Shown here in pieces: positions 53,022 through 61,372 of a stretch of DNA of 64,000 nt. The DNA comes from an uncultured Dehalococcoidia bacterium (GTDB lineage: Bacteria; Chloroflexota; Dehalococcoidia; Lucifugimonadales; UBA2962), in NCBI GenBank assembly GCA_964637315.1, contig CAZWTT010000003.1, forward strand, positions 64,022 to 128,021. Direction: 5' to 3'. A model generated the notes under the pieces. That model did not search any database and was not told the origin of the DNA. It was given only the letters and a program-made list of their open reading frames with translations. The position numbers and the translations under genes were made by a program. How positions within the stretch are numbered: the first letter of the stretch is position 1; each line of letters begins with the position of its first letter.

Positions 53022-54940
53022 TGGAACACTTTATCAATCTTTTGCTGGTCGCCGCCATGCTCGTTGCCGGGAGTGGCGTCGGGCTGCTGGTGCTGAAAAG
53101 CCTCGCGCTGAAGGGCACTGACCGCCCCCAGCAGGTCTTGCTGGCCTCTGGGCTGGGCCTGGGATTGATCGGCTACGTGCCGTTCGTTCTGGGTGTTTCC
53201 GGCGGCCTGACGACAGCCGGGTTGCTGGCCACTATCCTTGTGGCAATCGGCGCGGGTCTGGGTGGCTGGTACAGCTTCGTCTGGCCCGCCGACCTGCGCA
53301 GTGTCTCAGGCCTTCCCGGTCGGCTATGGAGGCGACTCCGGCGTCTGGACCCGGCCAGTTGGGTGCTTGTCGGATTCATCGCGCTGATGGGCCTGCTTAA
53401 TTTGCTGGCCGCGATGGCGCCGGTGATCGGAATCGACGAGCTGATCTACCGCGTGCGGCTCCCTGATCTGTACTTGGAGCAAGGCGGCTTTTCTTACCTG
53501 CCGACGCTGGAGGTTCACCAGCAGCCTCAACAGGTGCAGATGCTTCAAATGTGGCTGATGGGGCTGGGTAGCGACTCGGCAACCCAACTAGTGCAATGGG
53601 CGATGGGCCTTCTGCTGGTGGCCGCGGTCGTTGACCTGGCCCGGCGCTGGGTGCCCGTAACGATCGCTCTCGCGGCGGGCGCGGTCTTCTACGGTGTCAG
53701 CGACGTGGTGGTCTTGTCCGCACGGGCTGTCCCCGACCTAGCCAACGGCCTATTCCTGTTCCTCGCCTTCGTGGCGTTCGTCCGGTGGATGGACACCGAC
53801 GAGGACCGGTGGCTCGTCGTCGTCGGCGTCCTCGCCGGGCTCTTCGCGGCGGGGTCCAGGTTGCCGGGGGCTTACGGCGCCATCGGCCTCGCTGCCCTCG
53901 CCATCCTTTACGCTTGGCGTCGGCCGGACCGGGGCCCGGTGCGTGTGGTTGGCGCCGGCGCCATCGTGGGCGTGGCAGCCCTGGTGATGGTCGTGCCGTG
54001 GTTCGCCAAGGCCTGGGCGCATACAGGCAACCCGCTATGGCCGTATCTTGGTGGGATCTTCGGAGCCAGGGACTTCAACGAGTCCGCAGCCGCTTACATG
54101 GCGGCCAATCAAGAGCGAGATGTGGGGCCCTGGCGCTCGGCGTCCTGGATACTGGCGTCTCCCTGGGACCTTGTGTTCGATCCCAAGAAGTTCCGTAGCG
54201 GAGTGATGGGTCCGTTCATTCTGGCCGCCATCCCCCTGCTCGCGGTTGTGAAGGTGGACAAGCGCATCTGGTACCTGTCGGCAGGGGTGGTGACGACCGG
54301 CGCCCTGTGGTACTGGACGTTCGTCAGGCTGCGTTCGTTCATCCCCGTGATCGCCCTCATGGTTGTCATCGCCGCCTACCTCATCTGGGTCTTGTGGCGT
54401 TCTGAAGAACTACCGGAACTGGCGAGAAAGGCGCTGGTGGGCTTGATGGCCACGTCGTTGGCGCTCTGGATACTATTTGCACTCGGAACAGTTGCTCGAT
54501 TCCACACCGCCTCGATCGTGGCAACGATCACAGGACAGGACGACGATGAGTTCCTCTCACAGCGGCTCAACGAGGACGACATGGGCTTTCCCTGGTACCT
54601 CGACTACCTGGCCCTGAACGAAACTCTCCCGGCCGGAAGCTCCCTGCTCCTCTGGGACACCCGTAGCTACTACCTCAACTTCGAGACGGAAAGACACTAC
54701 CTGATAGCTAGAAAGGACCCCTTTCCGGAGAGTATGAAAGACCCGGCCTATGTTAGAGCCCGGGTCGAGGAGCTCGGGAGCGACTACGTCGTGCTGTGGC
54801 CCGAGGTACGCTACGTGACCGAGTACCCGCCCGGCATGTGGGTCGAGGACAGCCTGCACGCGTTGTGCGGCGAGGAGTGGCCGGTGGTCTATTTGAGTGA
54901 GAATATGATGGTGTGCGAGGTATCGACGGGTGGTAAATAG
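53021..54940 (+). CDS. GT-C-fold-like polytopic membrane glycosyltransferase, paralog 2
   Basis: Starts MEHFINLLLVAAML. The first loop reads APVIGIDELIYRVRLPDLYLEQG. The C-terminal soluble domain is collinear with those of paralogs 1 and 3. The track start at 52919 overlaps S2. Confidence 0.72.
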   Translation: MEHFINLLLVAAMLVAGSGVGLLVLKSLALKGTDRPQQVLLASGLGLGLIGYVPFVLGVSGGLTTAGLLATILVAIGAGLGGWYSFVWPADLRSVSGLPGRLWRRLRRLDPASWVLVGFIALMGLLNLLAAMAPVIGIDELIYRVRLPDLYLEQGGFSYLPTLEVHQQPQQVQMLQMWLMGLGSDSATQLVQWAMGLLLVAAVVDLARRWVPVTIALAAGAVFYGVSDVVVLSARAVPDLANGLFLFLAFVAFVRWMDTDEDRWLVVVGVLAGLFAAGSRLPGAYGAIGLAALAILYAWRRPDRGPVRVVGAGAIVGVAALVMVVPWFAKAWAHTGNPLWPYLGGIFGARDFNESAAAYMAANQERDVGPWRSASWILASPWDLVFDPKKFRSGVMGPFILAAIPLLAVVKVDKRIWYLSAGVVTTGALWYWTFVRLRSFIPVIALMVVIAAYLIWVLWRSEELPELARKALVGLMATSLALWILFALGTVARFHTASIVATITGQDDDEFLSQRLNEDDMGFPWYLDYLALNETLPAGSSLLLWDTRSYYLNFETERHYLIARKDPFPESMKDPAYVRARVEELGSDYVVLWPEVRYVTEYPPGMWVEDSLHALCGEEWPVVYLSENMMVCEVSTGGK

Positions 54941-55733
54941 CGCTGTCGGCTATGGTGTCAGCAAGGCCATAAGTGGCCTCCTCGAAAGGGGGATGGCTAA
55001 CGCTTACTATCGAACGGTGCGAATGCTCCGCCGACCCATGGCCAGACTCGGAGTATTGCGTTACCTGGAGGGCAGGAAAGAGAACAGGGCCTTTTTATTC
55101 CTGAGAAGTATCTTTTCGATCTGGGACCCCGAGGACCTCGTCAACCTGGACCTCCCATGGTGGACTTTCGAAGCCACAAGGGTGGTCGATGGATACCTTC
55201 GGTCCCTCCACGGCCGGGCGGTCGTGTTCGAGTATGGCGGGGGGGCCAGCACCGCTTGGCTGGCAAAGCGGTGTGCCAAGGTCTACAGCTTGGACCACGA
55301 TCCGAAGTGGACTCGTCTGACGGCCAAGTTGTGCGAGACCTCTACAAACGTCACCTTTTTGACGCGTCCACCCGATCCGGACTCAGAACACACAGATGAG
55401 CGCTTCAGCTCCGGGAAGGTGGGTTACAGAGGGTTGACGTTCAAGAGTTATGTGGACTCCATTCGGTCGGTCAATCGCAGGTTTGACATGATAGTGATCG
55501 ATGGGAGATGCAGGTCCGAAAGCCTGTTGGCCGCGGTGCCCGCTATCAAGGAGACTGGAATCATCGTGTTCGATGACAGCAGCAGGAAGCGGTATCAGCG
55601 GACGCTTCGCGAGAGTGGACTTGAGCTCAAGAGGCATCGTGGCCTTACCCCGGGGGCGCCTATTCGAACCGAGACATCGATACTTGCTCCCAGTTCCGAC
55701 ACTCTGGAGCACCTATGCGAAATCGCGAACTAG
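54930..55733 (+). CDS. putative class I SAM-dependent methyltransferase (Methyltransf_24-like)
   Basis: VVFEYGGGASTAWLAKRC (E-x-G-x-G-x-S-T), YSLDHD and FDMIVIDGR. The start is uncertain (GTG 54930 or ATG 54993). Confidence 0.6.
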   Translation: MVNSAVGYGVSKAISGLLERGMANAYYRTVRMLRRPMARLGVLRYLEGRKENRAFLFLRSIFSIWDPEDLVNLDLPWWTFEATRVVDGYLRSLHGRAVVFEYGGGASTAWLAKRCAKVYSLDHDPKWTRLTAKLCETSTNVTFLTRPPDPDSEHTDERFSSGKVGYRGLTFKSYVDSIRSVNRRFDMIVIDGRCRSESLLAAVPAIKETGIIVFDDSSRKRYQRTLRESGLELKRHRGLTPGAPIRTETSILAPSSDTLEHLCEIAN

Positions 55734-55803
55734 CTGCGATTCAACGAAAGGGTTTGGCTGGTTACCGCCATCACCTGGACCCCTTTGAGAGCAGTCAAGT
55801 AAC

Positions 55804-56739
55804 TTGAGCAACGAACCCCGATCTGCCGAGCAAGCCACAGGTGAACCCTCCCTAACGGTGGGCCTGCCCGTCTACAATGAAGTCCAGGCCGTCCGGTCCA
55901 CCATCCTGTCCGTCCGTGACGTGGTCGAAGGGATGGGGGTGAGCTACGAGATACTGGCGGTCGATGACGGCTCGGACGACGGCACATCGGAAGAACTCGA
56001 CGAGCTGGCGTCTAGGCTGGACGGCGTGCTCACCGTTATCCGACACCCCTACAATCTTGGTAACGGCTCTTCGGTCAAGACTGCCATACGCGCGGCGCGA
56101 GGCGAGGTGCTGGTGCTGATGGACGCAGATGGCCAGCACGACCCGGCCGACATCCCCCGACTGTACGAGCGTGTGGGACCCTACGACCTGGTCGTCGGCG
56201 CCAGGACGCGCAAGACGAAGGGCGAGTGGCCACGCCGTTTTGCCAACCTCGTGTTCGACGCGCTGGCCTCCTATCTGACCGACTTTAAGATAAGGGACCT
56301 GACGTCGGGTTTCCGGGCGTTCAAGACCGAAGTCGTCCTGGACTTCGTGCACCTGTTGCCGAATAAGTTCTCCTACCCGACGACCAGCACCATGGCCTTC
56401 GTCAAGGCGGGATACGCGGTCGACTTCGTCACCGTCGAGGCGTCTCCACGAGAAGGGAAGAGCAAGGTACGCCCGGTGCGGGACGGAGTCCGCTTCCTCG
56501 TCATCATCGGCAAGATGGTGATGCTGTTTGAGCCCATGCGCGTCTTCATGCCTGCAGCGCTGGTGCTGCTCCTCATGGCCGTCGCCTCGTTCGTCTTCAC
56601 CGTCGTCGATGAGAGCCGCCTGCATATACCCAACTCGGCCGTGTTCCTGGCCGTGTCGGCCGTGATCGTGTTCCTGATCGGCATGGTGGCCGCGCAGGTG
56701 GCCGATCTGAGAGTTTCTCTGGGCTCTCGTCGCCGCTGA
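55804..56739 (+). CDS. GT2 polyprenyl-phosphate glycosyltransferase (DPM1/GtrB-like), second copy
   Basis: LTVGLPVYNE, AVDDGSDDGT, LMDADGQHD and two C-terminal TM helices. It is collinear with the gene at 46668-47582. Confidence 0.88.
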   Translation: MSNEPRSAEQATGEPSLTVGLPVYNEVQAVRSTILSVRDVVEGMGVSYEILAVDDGSDDGTSEELDELASRLDGVLTVIRHPYNLGNGSSVKTAIRAARGEVLVLMDADGQHDPADIPRLYERVGPYDLVVGARTRKTKGEWPRRFANLVFDALASYLTDFKIRDLTSGFRAFKTEVVLDFVHLLPNKFSYPTTSTMAFVKAGYAVDFVTVEASPREGKSKVRPVRDGVRFLVIIGKMVMLFEPMRVFMPAALVLLLMAVASFVFTVVDESRLHIPNSAVFLAVSAVIVFLIGMVAAQVADLRVSLGSRRR

Positions 56740-56741
56740 CG

Positions 56742-56921
56742 GTGGGATCTATCAGGTCAGTCCTGACCGGACTCTGGCTCATTCGGTTCGTCAGGGAGCA
56801 CTGGCGCCCGCTGGCCTTCTCAGTTTGGGCAATTGGTGTGCTGGTGGCGTACCTGGGCCAGTTCGCAGGCTCTCTGGACGGAATCCGCAAAGTCCTTGAC
56901 CGCATCTTCGGCGGAGGCTGA
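56742..56921 (+). CDS. small single-TM protein S3 (below the ORF-track length cutoff)
   Basis: My own translation from the GTG at 56742: VGSIRSVLTGLWLIRFVREHWRPLAFSVWAIGVLVAYLGQFAGSLDGIRKVLDRIFGGG* (stop at 56919-56921). It has the same architecture and C-terminal ...VL.R(I/L).GG(G) ending as S1 and S2. It ends 5 nt before the GT-C 3 start. Confidence 0.45.
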   Translation: MGSIRSVLTGLWLIRFVREHWRPLAFSVWAIGVLVAYLGQFAGSLDGIRKVLDRIFGGG

Positions 56922-56926
56922 GGCGC

Positions 56927-58987
56927 TTGACCGCGGACATCCTCGTCGCACTTGCGTTCAACGCCGGCCTCATGGCCTTCAGCTATGGCGTGGGCCGTTC
57001 CATCATCCCGGCCTTCGGCGCCACCGGCCCGGTGGGTCTCAGGCTGGTCGACCGTTCGCTCATGGCGGTCGCGCTCGGCTTCGCCGCCATCACGGCCGTG
57101 TACCTGTTTCTTGGACTCGGCGATTCGCTGACCGAACCTGCTGCCTGGGCGGTATACGCTGCCGCCGGGACGATAACCCTCGCTCAGTATCGAGTGCTGG
57201 TGAAAGAGTCGAGGAGCGTCTTAAAGCGCCTGAAGCACCTGCGACCTCCATTCTGGGCGATGGCACTGGCTGCTGTGATCGCGATCCACGCGTTTTTAAA
57301 CCTGATCGGCGCGATCGCCCCGCCGAGCATGGCGGACCCCCTGCGACACCACTTGGCGTCTCCCGCGTACTACGCTGAGGTCGGCGGCTTTCCCTTCGTG
57401 CCGATCATTTTCTGGAACGTGCCCGGTGTCCTGCACGTCGACTACACGGTCGAGTTGCTGATCGCGAGTGACATAGCCCCGGCCGTAACTCACTTCTCGT
57501 TTTCGATACTGACCGCCGCCGCCGTGTTCGTTCTGGGGCGTCGTTTCGCGGGTTGGCGTGTGGGACTCGCCGCTGCCGCCGTCTTCTATTCGTTGCCCAT
57601 GACCACCGAGCTGGCCGCGTCCCCGATGGTGGAGATGGGCGCGGCGTTTTTCGCCGTCCTGTCGGTGTATGCCTTGCTCACGGTGGGCAAGGGGGCGGAC
57701 CTGCGCTGGATATTGCTCGCCGGTCTGCTCGGCGGGCTAGCCGGCGCCACCAAGATGTGGGCCTTGCTCGCGGGACCGGCCGGATTGGCCGTGATACTAG
57801 TGGCACAGGGGACCGGTGTCCTACAAAAACCGCGCGAGACGGCGTACTCACTCATTGCGTTTTCCCTCGCGTTCGGGCTGATACTGAGCCCCTGGCTCAT
57901 CCGCAACTTCGCGTCTGCTGGCGACCCGTTGTGGCCCATCGGCTACCAAGTATTCCACGGCGACATGTGGACAGCTTGGCATTTCGAGAAGTTTTCGGCA
58001 TGGGAAACGGGCCCGGGGAAGTCGGTGGTCGACTTCATATTGGGCCCGTGGAACCTCACCAACGACGTTGGCCTGTTTACGCAGGACCGGGGGCCTCTCA
58101 GCGGCGCGCTGCTTACTCCTGTCCTGCTCATCTTCATCCCCGCCGCCTGGCTGTTCGGGGCCGCACGAGACCGGGCGGTCCCGAACCGTGCGGTCGTAAC
58201 CATGCTCGCGGCCCTTGCGGCCTTCGCGGTGTTGTCGTACGTGGTGTGGTTCGCCGGATACCAGCAGCCCAGGTACATCCAGGTCGTCCATCCTCTCTTG
58301 GCGGTAATCGCGGCGGTGGGAGTGGTGGCGGTGGTCGGCGTCAACCACCGCTGGCTCACCATGACCGCCAAGGTCCTTTTCGCGCTTTCTCTTGTCGGCA
58401 CCCTGGGCGTGGGCATCGCATTCAACTCCGGATTCTTCCCGGTGGTGTTTGGGGCCGAGTCACGAGAGGAGTTTCTCGAGGCCAAGGTCTCGAATATCTC
58501 CTCGATTGTCTGGGTGAACCAAAACCTCCCGGATGACGCCAAGGTTTTGGTGATGGGCCTCGCCGCCTGGTACTACTCCGAGCGTGACTGGCTCGTGGGG
58601 GACTCGGCCTACCAGGGCCACCTCGCCTACCATGACATGAACCATCCAGATGGTCTGATGAGGAAATTACGCGAAGTGGGCGTTACACATGTATTGGTCC
58701 AGGGCGCGACTGATGCCGAGCCGACGCTGCTCGGCTGGGCCGCCCGCGTCGGTGGACCGGGATATCGAGATCGGACCATGACGCAGCTACTGGAGGACAT
58801 GCGGTCCACGCCGGTTACGCCGAACGATTTTGAGGCGAGGCCATTCGTCCTGCTCGCCGGACTGGAGGCCGATGGCCGACTGGCCCTGCTGCACCGGGGA
58901 GAGGAGACGGTCGTGCGCAGCCGCACGTTCGGCGGTGCGGACACCGTCGAGTTTCTCGTCTACGAGCTGGTTGGGGCTGAGGATTGA
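56927..58987 (+). CDS. GT-C-fold-like polytopic membrane glycosyltransferase, paralog 3
   Basis: 686 aa with a TTG start. The first loop reads APPSMADPLRHHLASPAYYAEVG. The C-terminal soluble domain contains GVTHVLV. Confidence 0.72.
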   Translation: MTADILVALAFNAGLMAFSYGVGRSIIPAFGATGPVGLRLVDRSLMAVALGFAAITAVYLFLGLGDSLTEPAAWAVYAAAGTITLAQYRVLVKESRSVLKRLKHLRPPFWAMALAAVIAIHAFLNLIGAIAPPSMADPLRHHLASPAYYAEVGGFPFVPIIFWNVPGVLHVDYTVELLIASDIAPAVTHFSFSILTAAAVFVLGRRFAGWRVGLAAAAVFYSLPMTTELAASPMVEMGAAFFAVLSVYALLTVGKGADLRWILLAGLLGGLAGATKMWALLAGPAGLAVILVAQGTGVLQKPRETAYSLIAFSLAFGLILSPWLIRNFASAGDPLWPIGYQVFHGDMWTAWHFEKFSAWETGPGKSVVDFILGPWNLTNDVGLFTQDRGPLSGALLTPVLLIFIPAAWLFGAARDRAVPNRAVVTMLAALAAFAVLSYVVWFAGYQQPRYIQVVHPLLAVIAAVGVVAVVGVNHRWLTMTAKVLFALSLVGTLGVGIAFNSGFFPVVFGAESREEFLEAKVSNISSIVWVNQNLPDDAKVLVMGLAAWYYSERDWLVGDSAYQGHLAYHDMNHPDGLMRKLREVGVTHVLVQGATDAEPTLLGWAARVGGPGYRDRTMTQLLEDMRSTPVTPNDFEARPFVLLAGLEADGRLALLHRGEETVVRSRTFGGADTVEFLVYELVGAED

Positions 58988-60201
58988 GCAACTCTTACGT
59001 CTTCCTGTACGGCCCAACTTGGGACGCACCGTCGCAGGTAAGCAAGCACCATCTCGCGCGGTACTGGGCGGCTCGGGGCGACCGCGTGCTCTACGTCGAG
59101 TCGCAATTCCACCCGCTTTCGTTGCTCACGCGGCGACGTGAAGTGAGTCGTTTGTGGGGCCGCTTCATTGGGGGTCCGGTCGAAGTCGCAGACCGCCTGT
59201 GGGTGCAGGCGTATCCGTCACTAGTGCCTTACCGCGCCGGAGTGCCGCTGGCCGGTTCCGCCGTTGCACACTGGGCCAACCAAGTCGTCCCCGCTTCGCT
59301 CATCGGCCGTGCCGCTCGTCGCGCAGGAGGCGTGGATCGACCCGTCGTCGTGGTGGGCACGGCGACGGCGCTGCCCCTTGTCGCCGGTCTCGACCCGAGC
59401 CTTGTCGTCTATCACTGCAGCGACGATTACGCCAGCCAGCCCAACTTCCCGACCTCGTTCCTATCCCTGGAGCGATCTTTGATGGACAGGGCCGATCTGG
59501 TGATCTGCACGGCCGAGGAACTGGCCCGGGTAAAGGCGCCCCTGCATCCAAATACGCACACCGTGACCAACGGCGCCGATGTGGAGCACTTCCTGTCCAC
59601 CCAGAGTCCGACGACCGGTATCGCGCCGGATGTCGCTGGTCTGCCCGGCCCGGTGATCGGCTATATCGGCACCATCTTCGAGTGGGTTGACGTCGAGATG
59701 CTGGCCCGGGCGGCGAAAGCGCGTCCCGAATGGAGTTTCGCATTCGTCGGCCCGGTGGCCACGGACGTGAGCTCGATTGAGAACCTGCCGAACGTCTACC
59801 TGCTCGGACCGAGGCCATACGCCGATCTGCCGGGCTACCTGAAGGGCTTCGATGTGGCCACCGTGCCGTTCATATTCCACGACGTGACGCTGAGGGCCAG
59901 TCCGGTCAAGTTCTACGAGTACCTTGCCTCCGGCGTGCCAACGGTCGCCACACGGCTTCCTGACCTGAGCCGTTTCAAAGGGCTGGTGGAGCTGTTTTCC
60001 GGTTACGACGAGTTCATGGCCGCGCTGGATCGCGCGGTCGTGAACCGGTCCACCGAGAAGCGTGAAGCCCGGATGGATGCGGCAAGAGAGAATTCCTGGA
60101 CGACCAGATTCGCCCTGATCGACGACCTGATCCTCGAAGCAATGTCTCGTCTGGACGGTGTGGTCGTAGAGGGCGTGACGGAGGGTCGGCCGAGTGGTTG
60201 A
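58984..60201 (+). CDS. GT1/GT4-clan glycosyltransferase (TuaH-like)
   Basis: 405 aa with the N-terminus YVFLYGPTWDAPSQVSKHHLARYWAARGDRVLYVE and the C-terminal FYEYLASGVPTVATRLPDL. It overlaps the upstream gene by 4 nt. Confidence 0.78.
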   Translation: MSNSYVFLYGPTWDAPSQVSKHHLARYWAARGDRVLYVESQFHPLSLLTRRREVSRLWGRFIGGPVEVADRLWVQAYPSLVPYRAGVPLAGSAVAHWANQVVPASLIGRAARRAGGVDRPVVVVGTATALPLVAGLDPSLVVYHCSDDYASQPNFPTSFLSLERSLMDRADLVICTAEELARVKAPLHPNTHTVTNGADVEHFLSTQSPTTGIAPDVAGLPGPVIGYIGTIFEWVDVEMLARAAKARPEWSFAFVGPVATDVSSIENLPNVYLLGPRPYADLPGYLKGFDVATVPFIFHDVTLRASPVKFYEYLASGVPTVATRLPDLSRFKGLVELFSGYDEFMAALDRAVVNRSTEKREARMDAARENSWTTRFALIDDLILEAMSRLDGVVVEGVTEGRPSG

Positions 60202-61360
60202 GGGCGGCGTTCGATCTCTCCATGTGGCCCAGACATTCGGCCTGTACGACGCCGAGGGCCGCACCAGTCATATCGCGCCGCTCGTCCGGAGGCTGGCGGA
60301 TCGGGAACACGAGGTGTCGGTCGTCGCCGCCGCCTACCCGCCCCACAGTCCGCCTGGGACCGCAGTTGTCGGCGACGGCGATGGGAGCTTCCCTGTGACC
60401 TACATACGCAGTGGTTTTCGCTATCGCACCATGACCGTGAACCCGGGCGCCAGGACCCTGTTTGAGGAACGAATCGGAGGGGTCGACCTGGTCCACGTCC
60501 ACGGCCTGTACGACTTGCTGGGGCCCTCTGTAGCGGCGATCTGTCGCCAAAGGGGGGTGCCCTATGTCGTCGAGACGATGGGGATGTTCAGGCCGGTAGC
60601 AGGAGGAAGTGTGCAAAAACGGCTTTTCATGCGCCTGTTCGGGCGGGTGATGATGCGAGGCGCGGCACGCTTCGTCGCCACCTCCGGACGTGAGGCCGAC
60701 GATCTCGTTGACGGCGGCATCTTGGGAAGCCGTGTCGTCGTCCGCCACAACGGCGTCGAGCCGGCGGCGGTGGCAGATGGTCACGGCCGTGAATTCAGGG
60801 CGGCCCATGGCATAGGCCCGGAGATACCTTTCGTGCTCTTCCTGGGTCGAATTTCCCCAGTGAAAAACATCGAGCTGTTGCTGGCCGCGTTTGCGCGACT
60901 GTCGGCGAGAGACGCGGTGCTGGTGATCGCCGGTCCGGCCGAGGGCTCACGATATCTCGGTCGGCTGCGCGAAATCACTCGATCCTCCCAACTTGGGGAC
61001 CGGGTGAGGTTCGTCGGCCCCGTCTACGGTGATGCCAAAGCCGCCGCGCTTGCTCAGGCAACGATGTTGGTCCTCCCGTCGCTGAACGAGAACTTCGGCA
61101 CGGTTGCTCTGGAGGCGATGGCCGTCGGTACCCCCGCGGTCGTAACCGAGACCTGCGGATTTGCCGAGCACCTGCGCGACGGCGGGGGACTGGTGGTAGG
61201 CTTGGACGCCGAGGACATGCGGGCCGCGATAGACAGCCTACTGGCGAACGAAGAGATGAGAACCGAACTGAGTGACCGCGCCCGGGCCACAGCGTCCGGG
61301 CTCACTTGGGAGGCGGCGGCCAAGCTGACGACCGAGATGTATGAGCAGGTACTGAGTTGA
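60194..61360 (+). CDS. GT4-family glycosyltransferase
   Basis: 388 aa with ENFGTVALEAMAVGTPAVVTETCGFAEHL (E-x7-E). It overlaps the upstream gene by 8 nt. Confidence 0.85.
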   Translation: MVEGGVRSLHVAQTFGLYDAEGRTSHIAPLVRRLADREHEVSVVAAAYPPHSPPGTAVVGDGDGSFPVTYIRSGFRYRTMTVNPGARTLFEERIGGVDLVHVHGLYDLLGPSVAAICRQRGVPYVVETMGMFRPVAGGSVQKRLFMRLFGRVMMRGAARFVATSGREADDLVDGGILGSRVVVRHNGVEPAAVADGHGREFRAAHGIGPEIPFVLFLGRISPVKNIELLLAAFARLSARDAVLVIAGPAEGSRYLGRLREITRSSQLGDRVRFVGPVYGDAKAAALAQATMLVLPSLNENFGTVALEAMAVGTPAVVTETCGFAEHLRDGGGLVVGLDAEDMRAAIDSLLANEEMRTELSDRARATASGLTWEAAAKLTTEMYEQVLS

Positions 61361-61372
61361 AGGAAACCACGG

